This document shows, one piece after another, positions 21,327 to 32,279 of a stretch of DNA of 64,000 bases. A program made the translations under genes and the position numbers. Position 1 is the stretch's first letter. Each line of letters opens with the position of its first letter. Below the pieces are notes generated by a model. The model had not been told where the DNA came from, made no database searches, and saw nothing but the letters and a program-made list of their open reading frames with translations. Origin of the DNA: Bacteroidota bacterium (GTDB lineage: Bacteria > Bacteroidota > Bacteroidia > AKYH767-A > OLB10); assembly GCA_016722525.1 (NCBI GenBank), contig JADKJB010000013.1:58914-122913 (forward strand), read 5' to 3'.

Positions 21327-24300
21327 ATGATTGATAAATTCAAAGAATTTAAACCCTCCAGCTGGGCTATTGATAATAGAACAAGTATTTATATACTTAC
21401 TATTATTATTACTCTGGCCGGACTCGCTACTTATAATGCTTTGCCAAAGGAAAATTTTCCTGAAATAATTGTACCCCAAATTTTTGTTAGTACTATTTAT
21501 CCTGGAACATCTCCCGAAGATATGGAAAACCTGGTGGCAAAGCCCTTGGAGAAACAGATGAAATCAATCTCCGGAGTAAAAAAAGTTACCAGCAACTCTC
21601 TTCAGGATTTTTCTAATATCATTGTAGAGTTTAATACGGATGTGGATGTGGCCGACGCAAAACAAAAAGTAAAGGATGCTGTTGATAGAGCCAGAAATGA
21701 CCTTCCTACCGATTTGCCCAATGAACCCAATGTACAGGAAATCAATTTTTCAGATATTCCAATCTTGTTTGTCAATATGGCCGGAGACTACCCGCTTGAT
21801 AAACTGAAAGAATATTCGGATGATCTGAAGGATAAAATAGAAAGTCTGAAAGAAATTACACGGGTAGATATTGTTGGTGCACTTGAAAGGGAAATCCAGA
21901 TTGAAGTGGATATGTACAAAGCACAAGCTGCACAAATTTCAATGCGTGATATTGAAAATGCAGTTGCATTTGAAAACATGACGATCTCAGGTGGCACAGT
22001 TGAAATGGATGGAATGAGGAGGTCGGTCAGCGTAAAAGGAGAATTTAAGGACGTTTCTACCATTGAAAATATAGTCATCGTTTCTGCGCAAGGTGCTCCC
22101 ATCTATCTTCGTGATATTGCCCGAATCAAAGATGGTTTCAAAGAACAGGAAAGCTATGCACGTCTTTATGGGAAAAATGTAATCACTCTTAATGTCGTTA
22201 AAAGAAGTGGCGAAAATCTTATTGAAGCATCCGATAAAATAAAAGAGATTATTTCCAATATGCAGGAAAATGATTTCCCAAAAGATCTTAAAATTACTCT
22301 CACCGGTGATCAGTCAAATCAAACCAGAGTAACATTACATGATCTTATCAATACAATTATTATTGGATTTATTTTAGTAACTATATTGCTCATGTTTTTT
22401 ATGGGCGCAACCAATGCATTGTTTGTAGCGCTGTCGGTTCCGCTTTCCATGTTCATTGCGTTTCTTATAATGCCAACTATTGGCTTCACCATGAACATGA
22501 TTGTTTTGTTCTCTTTCCTGCTTGCACTTGGAATTGTAGTTGATGATGCAATTGTTGTTATTGAGAATACCCATCGTATTTTTAATAAAGGGAAAGTGGA
22601 TATTGTAACAGCAGCTAAAACAGCCACCGGTGAGGTTTTTCTACCTGTATTATCAGGTACCTTAACAACTTTGGCGCCTTTTGTGCCGCTGGCTTTTTGG
22701 AAAGGGTTGATCGGTGAGTTTATGTTTTTTCTTCCTATTACATTAATCATTACTTTATCCGCTTCGCTCGTTGTAGCTTATATAATAAATCCTGTTTTTG
22801 CCGCCAGTTTTATGAAGCCGGATGATTTTTCTGAAAATAAACCTGCCCGAAACCGCAGTATAAAAATCGTCTCTGTCATTCTTGGTTCATTGGCAGTACT
22901 CTCCTATATTTTTGGAAACTTCGGAATGGGAAACTTTTTTGTCACTTTAATTTTACTTTTTATCCTCTATAAATTTGTATTGTTAAAAGCGATTCAAAAT
23001 TTTCAGGAAAAATTGTGGCCTGCTTTTACCTCAAAGTATAAAATGGTCTTAATCTGGGCATTAAAAAGGCCTTGGAAAATGATTTTAGGAACCGTTGCTT
23101 TATTCGCCCTCACAATTGTCTTGCTTATTGCACGCTCTCCAGGTACACGTTTCTTCCCGCAAGGGGAACCCAATTTTATTTATGTGTATTTAACACTTCC
23201 TGTTGGTACCGATCAGGCTTATACCGATTCCATTACTTATATTATTGAAAAACGGGTCACAGATGTGGTAGGTGTTGATAACAAAATTGTTTCTTCTATT
23301 CTGTCTAATGTGGCAGTTGGAGTTACTGACCCTGCTGAAAATGATCAGGCTTCGTATCCAAATAGGTCTAAAGTGACTGTTGCTTTTGTTGAATTCGGAT
23401 TGCGTGAGGGAGTTTCTACACGTGATTATTTGGAGAAAATCAGGAAAAATATTAAGGGTATTCCCGGAGCTGAAATATCTGTCGATCAGGAACAAGGAGG
23501 TCCGCCTGTAGGAAAACCTATCAATATTGAAATTAGTGGTGATAAATTTGAAGATCTTATAGCTGCTTCTGTTGGATTGAAACGACACCTTGATTCAACT
23601 CAGGTGGATGGAGTGGAGGAATTAAAAACAGATCTTCAAAATAATAAGCCCGAAATCGTTTTTAATATCGATCGTGAAAGAGCCAATAGAGAGGGTATCT
23701 CTACAGGCCAGGTTGGTTCAGAGTTAAGAACTGCCATTTTTGGAAAAGAAATTTCAAAGTTTCGCGATAATAATGATGAGTATGATATTATGCTAAGGGT
23801 AAGTAAAAATCAACGCGATAATATCGATCAGCTGAAAAATATGAAAGTGACTTATCGCGATATGAATATGGGCGGATTGGTTAGGCAGGTGCCGCTCTCA
23901 TCTTTTACCGATATAAAATATTCATCTACTTATGCAGGAATAAAACGTAAAAATCAGAAAAGAGTAATAACGCTTTATTCCAATGTGCTTTCCGGTTATT
24001 CTCCCAATGATGTTGTAGCTCAGGTGCAAGTTGCGGCATCTGATTATGAATTACCAGAGGGAGTTGCTATTGATATGACCGGCGAACAGCAAGAGCAACA
24101 GGAAACAATGTCGTTCCTGGGTTCTGCCTTATTGATTTCGCTCGGACTGATTTTTCTCATTCTCGTAACTCAGTTCAATTCTGTAAGTAAACCACTGATA
24201 ATTCTTACTGAAATAGTTTTCAGTTTAATTGGAGTTCTCCTCGGCTATGCCATTTTTGGTATGGAAATATCTATTATGATGACGGGAGTTGGTGTTGTGG

Positions 24301-24755
24301 CTCTTGCCGGAATTGTAGTAAGAAATGGTATTTTGTTGGTGGAGTTTACCGATTTATTGCGCGAACAAGGGATGGAATTGAACGAAGCTATTGTGGAAGC
24401 AGGTAAAACCAGGATGACCCCGGTACTGCTCACTGCAACTGCAACTATGCTCGGACTGATTCCTCTTGCAGTTGGTTTAAATATGGATTTTGTAAAACTA
24501 TTCACGGAACTTAATCCACATATTTATTTTGGTGGGGATAGCGTGGCCTTCTGGGGCCCATTATCATGGACCATGATTTTCGGATTGTCCTTCTCTACTT
24601 TCCTTACTCTTATTCTTGTTCCGGTGATGTACATGCTTTCGGAACGATTAAAATTGAAAAGAAAAGGTACAAACACCTATAGAAAAGCTATTGATGGAGT
24701 TCCTTCAGATCCCGCTACCGAAATTTCCAGGATGGAATCTGGTACGAGTCATTAA
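21327..24755 (+). CDS. RND (AcrB/AcrD/AcrF family) efflux permease
   Basis: Intact 1142-aa ORF with 12-TM architecture. Typical motifs include LALGIVVDDAIVVIENTHR and GIVVRNGILLVEF. A short hydrophilic C-terminal tail is present. Confidence 0.95.
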   Translation: MIDKFKEFKPSSWAIDNRTSIYILTIIITLAGLATYNALPKENFPEIIVPQIFVSTIYPGTSPEDMENLVAKPLEKQMKSISGVKKVTSNSLQDFSNIIVEFNTDVDVADAKQKVKDAVDRARNDLPTDLPNEPNVQEINFSDIPILFVNMAGDYPLDKLKEYSDDLKDKIESLKEITRVDIVGALEREIQIEVDMYKAQAAQISMRDIENAVAFENMTISGGTVEMDGMRRSVSVKGEFKDVSTIENIVIVSAQGAPIYLRDIARIKDGFKEQESYARLYGKNVITLNVVKRSGENLIEASDKIKEIISNMQENDFPKDLKITLTGDQSNQTRVTLHDLINTIIIGFILVTILLMFFMGATNALFVALSVPLSMFIAFLIMPTIGFTMNMIVLFSFLLALGIVVDDAIVVIENTHRIFNKGKVDIVTAAKTATGEVFLPVLSGTLTTLAPFVPLAFWKGLIGEFMFFLPITLIITLSASLVVAYIINPVFAASFMKPDDFSENKPARNRSIKIVSVILGSLAVLSYIFGNFGMGNFFVTLILLFILYKFVLLKAIQNFQEKLWPAFTSKYKMVLIWALKRPWKMILGTVALFALTIVLLIARSPGTRFFPQGEPNFIYVYLTLPVGTDQAYTDSITYIIEKRVTDVVGVDNKIVSSILSNVAVGVTDPAENDQASYPNRSKVTVAFVEFGLREGVSTRDYLEKIRKNIKGIPGAEISVDQEQGGPPVGKPINIEISGDKFEDLIAASVGLKRHLDSTQVDGVEELKTDLQNNKPEIVFNIDRERANREGISTGQVGSELRTAIFGKEISKFRDNNDEYDIMLRVSKNQRDNIDQLKNMKVTYRDMNMGGLVRQVPLSSFTDIKYSSTYAGIKRKNQKRVITLYSNVLSGYSPNDVVAQVQVAASDYELPEGVAIDMTGEQQEQQETMSFLGSALLISLGLIFLILVTQFNSVSKPLIILTEIVFSLIGVLLGYAIFGMEISIMMTGVGVVALAGIVVRNGILLVEFTDLLREQGMELNEAIVEAGKTRMTPVLLTATATMLGLIPLAVGLNMDFVKLFTELNPHIYFGGDSVAFWGPLSWTMIFGLSFSTFLTLILVPVMYMLSERLKLKRKGTNTYRKAIDGVPSDPATEISRMESGTSH

Positions 24756-24776
24756 TTAATACTGGTGCATTTTAAG

Positions 24777-24810
24777 AACCTCTGAGTACAAACTCAGAGG
24801 TTTTTTATTT
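24777..24810 (+). terminator. Rho-independent terminator of the efflux operon
   Basis: AACCTCTGAGT (24777-24787) pairs with ACTCAGAGGTT (24792-24802) around a 4-nt loop, followed by a T-run. Confidence 0.8.
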
Positions 24811-24918
24811 TCATTTTTGTAGTATACTTTGTATTTTAAATTAAAAACCTAAAACAAAATTAATTGCTTAAGCAAATTAAGATTTGATTCGCTATTTTCG
24901 CACTACTATACTTCACCT

Positions 24919-25779
24919 ATGATTCGATTTTTTATTTCATTTAGTATGATCTTGTTGCCTTTGGCTGCATGGCCACAATTGGTCAAGCAAGAGTTGTTTT
25001 CGATAAAGCGAAGTCTTATTATGGGTGAGGGTCAATTCAATTTTAAAATGGCTGTTAATTCTGATGAACTGATAGCATTTAATTCCTGTAACCGCCCTGT
25101 TGTTTACTTTATTAAGGATGGTTTTGTTAAAGACAGTATTTTACTGGAATATAAAGGTTGTATTCGAAATATGGAGTTTGATGAAAATGATAACCTCCTG
25201 ATCATGGATAATGAAGAAAAAACTATCTACCGGTACAGCTACCGCAATTGGGCTCTGGAAAAGTTACCCTATTTAAAGCCCGAAGACTGGTATATTTTTC
25301 AAAACCATTGGTATAAATTTTTTGAAATTGGATCCGTACCTACTTTTTATAATAACCGTGATTACCTGCAGGATTTTTATTATACCCGTTTCGATTATTC
25401 TTACAATCTGTATCTCAATTATAACAACGGATACATCTATCAATATGCCTATAACTTCATCCGTAAAGTAGGAAACCGAAAAACTTATCTGGCTTTAAAA
25501 AAAGATGACCTGTGGTTTAGCGACCGCCTCAGTAATAAATGTAAAATGCTGTTAATAGATCTTGAAAAAGAAGTTGTTGTTTATTACAACCGGGCTTTAG
25601 TTTTAATTTATGAAGATTTTAATAACAATAAAATAATTGAATATTCAAGCCCGGTTCCTAACAGTGAACCGGTACAACTCGATTATGCAACCAATAAACA
25701 ACAAAATAAAATTTGGGGTGTCAGCGGTTTTGACAAAAATCAAATTGCATTCTCAGCTTATTCCTTTGTGTGGAAATAA
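24919..25779 (+). CDS. Hypothetical secreted protein, Tyr/Asn-rich
   Basis: Intact 286-aa ORF with signal peptide MIRFFISFSMILLPLAAWPQ. The composition is very Y/N/F-rich (YYTRFDYSYNLYLNYNNGYIYQYAYNF). No family was recognised. Confidence 0.55.
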   Translation: MIRFFISFSMILLPLAAWPQLVKQELFSIKRSLIMGEGQFNFKMAVNSDELIAFNSCNRPVVYFIKDGFVKDSILLEYKGCIRNMEFDENDNLLIMDNEEKTIYRYSYRNWALEKLPYLKPEDWYIFQNHWYKFFEIGSVPTFYNNRDYLQDFYYTRFDYSYNLYLNYNNGYIYQYAYNFIRKVGNRKTYLALKKDDLWFSDRLSNKCKMLLIDLEKEVVVYYNRALVLIYEDFNNNKIIEYSSPVPNSEPVQLDYATNKQQNKIWGVSGFDKNQIAFSAYSFVWK

Positions 25780-25800
25780 TTTTTGATTCTTGAACTAATA

Positions 25801-26661
25801 CTATTTTATTCTGAAGTTTGTTGAAATAAAATCCAAAGCTACTTTGTTAGCAGCATCTGCTGCTGTTTTATCGTACTTGGAGGGATTGCTCGGATTCGCA
25901 AAGGCATGATCCGCATCGTACCATTTAACATCAAGCATTTTATTTGCACTTTTCATTTGCTTTTCAAATTCATCAATCAAAGGCTTATTGATCCAACCAT
26001 CTTTTGATGCGAAAATACCTAGTATCGGACTTTCAATTTTTTTCATTCGTTCGATGTCTTTTTCCGGCATGCCATAATACATTACGCAACCCCTTGATTG
26101 TTTCCCTGCTAATATTGTTGCTTGCAAAGACCATCCGCCACCAAAACACCAACCTATAGTTTGTATTTCCGCATCATTACCTGCATATTGAATGGCACCA
26201 TTGATAATAGCAATTGCACGTTCCTGATTTACTTCTTGCATAAATTTTCCGGCCTCATCGGCATTAGTTGCAATTTTACCATCGTACAAATCAATTGCAA
26301 TTACATTTATTTCTAACCTAGAGAGTTCTGCTGCCAGACGTTCTGTTTCTTTTTTAATGTGACTATTCAATCCCCACCATTCATGAAAAACGAAAAGGAA
26401 TTTCTTGCTTTTTATCTCTGTCTTTACAAAATAGGCACTGCCATTTTTGCCATCCGCTACCGCGAAAGTTACATCTGAGCCTGTTGTAGGTGTGAAGTTG
26501 AGTGCTTCTGGTGCTGAATGTGCTTGCTGAAAATCTGAGCTTTTTCCTAACATGGCAAATTCGTTGGTTGCACCTAAATTGCAACAGCTTTTGGTTTGAG
26601 CGTTTGCATGATGTACGTAAAGAAGCATGATGATAATGGCAACTGAAGTGATTTTTTTCAT
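25801..26661 (-). CDS. Dienelactone hydrolase family protein (secreted)
   Basis: A signal peptide is present. DLH-like motifs include FHEWWGLN, DLYDG, nucleophile region IGWCFGGGWS and C-terminal DADHAFANP. Confidence 0.85.
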   Translation of the reverse strand: MKKITSVAIIIMLLYVHHANAQTKSCCNLGATNEFAMLGKSSDFQQAHSAPEALNFTPTTGSDVTFAVADGKNGSAYFVKTEIKSKKFLFVFHEWWGLNSHIKKETERLAAELSRLEINVIAIDLYDGKIATNADEAGKFMQEVNQERAIAIINGAIQYAGNDAEIQTIGWCFGGGWSLQATILAGKQSRGCVMYYGMPEKDIERMKKIESPILGIFASKDGWINKPLIDEFEKQMKSANKMLDVKWYDADHAFANPSNPSKYDKTAADAANKVALDFISTNFRIK

Positions 26662-26922
26662 TTTATTTTAGTATGGTAATTTTAACAAAGTAACTGTAAA
26701 TTTAGTTTGGGTTGCAGTGTACTTGCACTCTTTAAAGGTAGAATATTCCTCTTAAATGTGTATGTAACTGAATGTCAAAGCTATAAATATGTTTATTGTT
26801 GATCAATTTGTTGAGGAAAACCTGATTTTATTTTATTAATTTCCTTACTTTGCGATCCCTTTACTGTGTTGAATCCGGTTGTGAAAGTTCTTTCAACCAT
26901 CGAATCAAATAGGTGTTTACTA

Positions 26923-27336
26923 ATGAATTATTGGCTTGTTAAATCAGAACCTTCCGTTTACTCCTGGCAACAGTTTCTGAAAGACGGCACAACCTGTTGG
27001 AGCGGTGTAAGAAATTATGCTGCCAGGATTCATTTAAATGGAATGCAAAAGGGGGATCATGTAATGTATTACCATAGCAATGAAGGTCTTGAAATAGTTG
27101 GTATTGCTAAATTGAGTAAAGAATCCTATCAGGATCCTACAACAACCGATGACAGATGGGTAGCGGTTGACCTTGTTCCATTCAAAACATTAAAAAATCC
27201 CGTCTCTCTCAAATTGATTAAAACAGATCAACGACTCAATAATATTGCCCTGGTAAGAATTGGAAGACTCTCCGTGATGCCATTAACCAAACAAGAATAC
27301 GATGTAATACTGGAACTCTCAGGATTTTCCAAATAA
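26923..27336 (+). CDS. EVE (PUA-like) domain protein
   Basis: MNYWLVKSEPSVYSW...WSGVRNYAARIHLNGMQKGDHVMYYHS...IVGIAKL matches the EVE family pattern. The start was chosen at the internal ATG. Confidence 0.85.
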   Translation: MNYWLVKSEPSVYSWQQFLKDGTTCWSGVRNYAARIHLNGMQKGDHVMYYHSNEGLEIVGIAKLSKESYQDPTTTDDRWVAVDLVPFKTLKNPVSLKLIKTDQRLNNIALVRIGRLSVMPLTKQEYDVILELSGFSK

Positions 27337-27349
27337 CAACCACCCCTAT

Positions 27350-29659
27350 ATGAAATCTAAATTTGGTAGTATTTTACTTTTATTTTTTATTTTTATTTGT
27401 AGTAGCATAGCGTATTCGCAAACCAGTACTATCAGAGGATTTGTTTATTCCAAAGAAACCGGGGAGCCTGTTTTATTCACCAATGTGTACCTACAGGGAA
27501 CAACTTTTGGATCTGCTACTGATGTAAATGGTTATTATTCTATTTCTAAGGTTCCACCAGGAAATTATAATCTGATGGTTACTTCTATTGAGCATGACTC
27601 TCTTATAACACCTATTTCTTTAGTTGCAGGTGAACTGATTACAAAAAAATTGTTTCTAACCAAACGAACCGTAAATTTAAAAGCTATTAATATTTCCGCT
27701 GAAAAGCAAGAGCAACGTACTGAAGTTAAAATGTCGGTAAATAAAATAACACCAAAAGAATTGAAGCAACTGCCTTCAGTGGGAGGCGAACCCGATATAG
27801 TGCAATATTTGCAGGTTTTACCAGGAGTTGTTTTTTCTGGCGATCAGGGCGGACAACTTTATATTAGAGGCGGTACACCAATTCAAAATAAGGTGTTGTT
27901 GGATGGAATGACTATTTATAATCCATTTCACTCAATTGGTTTATTTTCTGTTTTTGATACCGATATTATTAGAAACGCCGACGTTTATGCCGGTGGTTTT
28001 GGTGCTGAGTATGGTGGAAGAATTTCCTCTATTATGGATATTAAAACACGTGATGGAAATAAAAAAAGATTATCCGGAAAAGTTTCAGCAAATACTTTTA
28101 CTTCCAAGTTGTTGTTGGAAGGACCTCTTAAAAAACCTTTAAAAGAAGGTGATGGAGATGTTTCTTTTGTGGTATCCGCTAAAACTTCTTACCTTGATAA
28201 ATCATCTAAAGCTTTTTACAGTTATGTGGACGAAGACGGATTACCATACAGCTTCAATGATTTTTATGGAAAAATTACTACTAACAATGCCGGTGGAAGT
28301 AAACTAAATCTTTTTGGATTTAGTTTTAATGATAAGGCGAAATACCAGGGCGTTTCAGAATATAAATGGAATTCAAATGGATTTGGTTCCAGTTTCGTTA
28401 TTGTTCCCGGGAATTCATCAGTGCTGCTGGACGGAAATTTTGCGTATTCGCAATACAAAATCAATTTGAAGGAAGCGGATGCCCGTCCACGTTCAAGTTT
28501 GATTAACGGGTTCAATCTTGGACTTAATTTTACGTATTTTATAGGTAAAGATGAACTTAAATATGGTATTGAAGCATTGGGCTTTAAAACTGATTTCGAG
28601 TATTATAATTTCCTTGGTACTAAAATTGAACAGGAAGAGAATACAACTGAATTGGCTGCGTATCTTAATTTTAAAAAAATTATTAAAAAACTCGTTGTTG
28701 AACCCGGGATTCGTTTTCATTATTATTCCTCACTGTCTGAACTTTCTATCGAACCTCGTGTGGGTGCAAAATATAATGTGAGTAATTCAATAAGATTGAA
28801 AGTGGCAGGAGGGATGTATTCGCAAAATCTTATTAGTACCGTCTCCGATCGTGATGTCGTAAATCTCTTTTATGGCTTCTTATCAGGTCCTGAAAATTTG
28901 CCTGATAATTATAGAGGGGAGCCTGTCGATTCAAGACTTCAGAAAGCTAACCATGGTATAGCTGGTATTGAACTTGATTTGCCCTGGCATTTGGCCATTA
29001 ATATGGAAGTTTATATTAAAGAATTTACCCAGCTTTCCAATATAAACAGAGATAAACTTTTTGATGATGTTGGTGCTTTTAGTAATGAACCTGAAATTTT
29101 AACAGCAGATTATATTGTCGAAAAAGGAACCGCTAAAGGATTGGATGTTACATTGAAATATGAGCATAAACGCTATTATTTCTGGGCTGTATATTCTCTT
29201 GGTTTTGTGAATAGAAGAGATGAGTACAGAGAATATGTGCCGCATTTCGATAGAAGACATAATATCAATCTGGTAGGTTCTTATACTTTCGGTAAAAAAC
29301 TCAACTGGCAATTTGATGCCCGTTGGAATCTCGGTTCAGGATTTCCTTATACCCAAACCCAAGGTGCTTATGAATATCTAAACTTTGCAGGTGGCATCAA
29401 TGTTGACCCTACCACTGCTAACGGTTCTATTGGATTGTTATATGGCCCCATCAATGAAGGCAGATTGCCCTATTATCACAGACTTGATATCTCCTTGAAG
29501 AAATCCATGACTGTAGGTAAAAATTCTGAGCTGGAAATGACGGTGAGTCTTATTAATGCTTATAACAGAAGTAACGTATTCTATGTAGATCGCATTACTA
29601 ATGAAAGAGTGGATCAGCTGCCTGTATTGCCTTCCATCGGTGCCAATCTTACTTTCTGA
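27350..29659 (+). CDS. TonB-dependent receptor with N-terminal carboxypeptidase-regulatory-like domain
   Basis: A signal peptide precedes the CarbopepD_reg region (IRGFVYSKETGEPVLFTNVYLQGTTFGSATDVNGYYSI). The plug domain follows (QVLPGVVFSGDQGGQLYIRGG). The barrel ends in GANLTF. Confidence 0.9.
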   Translation: MKSKFGSILLLFFIFICSSIAYSQTSTIRGFVYSKETGEPVLFTNVYLQGTTFGSATDVNGYYSISKVPPGNYNLMVTSIEHDSLITPISLVAGELITKKLFLTKRTVNLKAINISAEKQEQRTEVKMSVNKITPKELKQLPSVGGEPDIVQYLQVLPGVVFSGDQGGQLYIRGGTPIQNKVLLDGMTIYNPFHSIGLFSVFDTDIIRNADVYAGGFGAEYGGRISSIMDIKTRDGNKKRLSGKVSANTFTSKLLLEGPLKKPLKEGDGDVSFVVSAKTSYLDKSSKAFYSYVDEDGLPYSFNDFYGKITTNNAGGSKLNLFGFSFNDKAKYQGVSEYKWNSNGFGSSFVIVPGNSSVLLDGNFAYSQYKINLKEADARPRSSLINGFNLGLNFTYFIGKDELKYGIEALGFKTDFEYYNFLGTKIEQEENTTELAAYLNFKKIIKKLVVEPGIRFHYYSSLSELSIEPRVGAKYNVSNSIRLKVAGGMYSQNLISTVSDRDVVNLFYGFLSGPENLPDNYRGEPVDSRLQKANHGIAGIELDLPWHLAINMEVYIKEFTQLSNINRDKLFDDVGAFSNEPEILTADYIVEKGTAKGLDVTLKYEHKRYYFWAVYSLGFVNRRDEYREYVPHFDRRHNINLVGSYTFGKKLNWQFDARWNLGSGFPYTQTQGAYEYLNFAGGINVDPTTANGSIGLLYGPINEGRLPYYHRLDISLKKSMTVGKNSELEMTVSLINAYNRSNVFYVDRITNERVDQLPVLPSIGANLTF

Positions 29660-29816
29660 TAGAAATAGTTTTGTTGATTATTTGGAATTGTTAGTGTCCT
29701 TGAATCCATTGTTATTGATAATAATAGGTGGTGGTTGATTGAATTGTAGGAGGGCATTTTTCTGCAACAACCCTTTATTGTTTGGTATATAAACCTGCTG
29801 CCATTTCTGATAGAAG

Positions 29817-31278
29817 ATGAAATCCGAACCAAAAATTTTAGTACTACTTTTCATATCTTATGTAACTTTGTTAGTTGCTGTAATTGGTTTTTCTGGGTAT
29901 AACGGATTATATGGTCAGGATAGTCACGAGTATTTAAGGTACTGCAATCAATTAATTGCTTTTCTTAAAAAAGGAGCTGATCCGGGGAATTACTTTTGGA
30001 CTGTTGCTTATCCGTTAACAGGGGCATTTCTTTCTTTTTTAATTGGATCGAAATTGGCCATGTTGCTTATTCCTGTTTTAAGTGCAGCCTGGATTTTGGT
30101 TTTGGTTACATCCTATCTGATGAACGAATTTCCGGGCAGAGAACGCGAAGTATCCATCTATTCATTCTTGTTTTTAGGGTTATCCCCCTATTTTTTTCGC
30201 TATTCCATTTCCATCATGTCGGATATTCCTGCAACTGCTTTTTTAGTTACAGCATGGTATTTTGCCGATAGGTTTATAAAAGTACGCAAAGTTACATTCT
30301 TTTCTTTTACCATAGTCTCTGTAGCACTTGCTGTTTTCTTTCGAATTTCATTGGTGCCCCTCACTGTTCCTGTTTTTGTTTTTATCGGGGTGTCTTTATT
30401 TTATAATTTTGATTTTAAAAACTCATTTTTGCTTCGGTATTGATGGCAATTCCTGTTGCTGTTCATTTTATTTCAAAGGCAATGATGTTTTTGGTTTTCT
30501 AAATAATTTTCAGTTACAGAGTTGGTCGTTACTAAATTGTTTTAGCAGGAATTTTTCTACCGTCGATGGAATTTCTCAGTATGCATTACCCAATATCTTA
30601 TTTATTTTTTCCTCTTTTGTTCACCCTGGCTTTTTGTTTCCGGGATTGTTTTTTATTTTCTTAATTTGGTATAATAAGAATCAACCCTCCTTTTTATTTA
30701 AACCTTTAGTTTTTGGAATCCTTTTGTATACTATTTTCTTATGTGGTATCCCATTTCAAAATACCAGATTTTTGGTTCCGGTGTTACCTTTTTTTCTGAT
30801 TATTTGCTTTCCTTCTTATCTTACTATACTTTCTTGGTTTCATTATAGAAGGAAGTTATTTTATTTGTTTATTTTTATTGTCGTTACCATTCAGTTTTTT
30901 CTTGTTTACAGAGCTTTGTTACCATTTTACAAGGTGAATATGGTTGAAAAGGAAATAACTGCCATGGTTTTGAAACATGAACCCAAATCTATTTATACAT
31001 TTGGATTGGATGGAGCTCTCAGAAGCTATGGATTCACGGGTGAATTGATTAATTTATTTGACCACCCTCTGGATTCGGTAGTAAATGGATCCTTTCTGGT
31101 TTTTAATAAATCGGCTTGCGAAAAACAGTGGAAAGGTCGTAATCCGATGATTAATTTTGAGTTTATTTTGAAATCTGAGCAAGTAAAATTGATTGATACA
31201 TTTACAGGTGGTTGGGAATTATACGAAATCCATGAAAAATATCGTCTTGTTAACCCCGGGGTTTCCCGAATCAATTGA
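29817..31278 (+). pseudogene. Polytopic membrane glycosyltransferase-like protein (ArnT/PMT_2-like; family tentative), 1-2 frame breaks as sequenced
   Basis: ORFs 29817-30443 and 30328-31278 are both highly hydrophobic multi-TM sequences. A third-frame TM-like segment (LIFASVLMAIPVAVHF) bridges them. T-runs at about 30426-30430 and 30466-30469 are the likely break points. Confidence 0.6.
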
Positions 31279-32279
31279 AGATACTACTTGTATTCCTGCG
31301 TTGCAGGCCCTGGTGCTTGAGTTGAAAAAGCTTTATGGCGATGAAATTAATTTACAGGTAGTTTCTTTTCAGTATCCTTTTAAAAAAGGCAACTATTTTT
31401 GGAATGCAATACCCTGTTTCTCGGCCGGTGGTGCCAATAGTAAATTTCCTTCACGATGGAAAACATGGACCACTGTATTTAAGTTTTGCGAAGTTATCAC
31501 CAAAAGCATCCTATCGATGTAATTCATGCATTCTGGCTGAATGAATGTTCACTTGTAGGAAATTGGGTAGCTGCTATCACAGGTGCAAAATTAATTTGTC
31601 ATGTCATGGGTCAGGATTCCTGACTTCCAATAAATATCTTAAATATTTGAAACTTAAAAATGCGGTTATTGTTGCAATATCCCTTTCTATTTCTCTGTTG
31701 GAGCAAAACTCGAATTTTAAAGTTGATGCTATGATTCCTTTTGAATCAATCCGATGATTTCAGTTCCACTGAATCAGCGGAATTTCGAGAAACAGACCTA
31801 CTGGGTGTAGGATCTCTGAGTACAGTTAAAATTATAAGTTGTTTATTGAACTATTTGCAAATTTAAAGCAAGAATTCCCCAAACTCACAGGTAAAATTAT
31901 TGGTGATGGCATACAATTGCAAGAGCTTCAGGCTTTGATAAATGATCTCAAACTCCAAAAGTCCTTAATTCTAACCGGTAAACTTCCCCGTGATGCCGTA
32001 ATGAAGGAAATGCAGAAATGCAAAATATTATTGCATACTTCCAGTTACGAATCCGGTGGGTATGTTTTTTTAGAAGCTCTTTATTCAGGTATGAAAGTAG
32101 TTTGCTTTAAAGTTGGGCTTTTGCCTGAAGTTCAGGGCGCATATTCCTGCGATAATGAAAAGGAAATTTATTCAAATTTGAAATCATTACTCACTTATAA
32201 ACAGGAGTATTCCAGAAAAACAGTTCCATTCATATCGGATTCAGCAAAGGCGATTTTTGATTTGTATAAATCTGCTTGA
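31232..32279 (+). pseudogene. GT4-family (GT-B fold, family 1 Pfam) glycosyltransferase, 4 frame breaks as sequenced
   Basis: The protein can be followed across four frame changes. The pieces are MKNIVLLTPGFPES..., HQKHPIDVIHAFWLNECSLVGNWVAAITGAKLICHVMGQD, LTSNKYLKYLKLKNAVIVAIS...IPF, NQSDDFSSTESAEFRETDLLGVGSLSTVK and LFIELFANLKQEFPKL...HTSSYESGGYVFLEALYSGMKVV. Breaks fall at about 31484-31497, 31615-31622, T4 31739-31742 and A4 31828-31831. Confidence 0.8.

Noticed and set aside
22319-22750. A 143-aa minus-strand ORF inside the RND permease.
   Set aside because: It is antisense to conserved TM segments of the AcrB-family gene. It is a shadow ORF.
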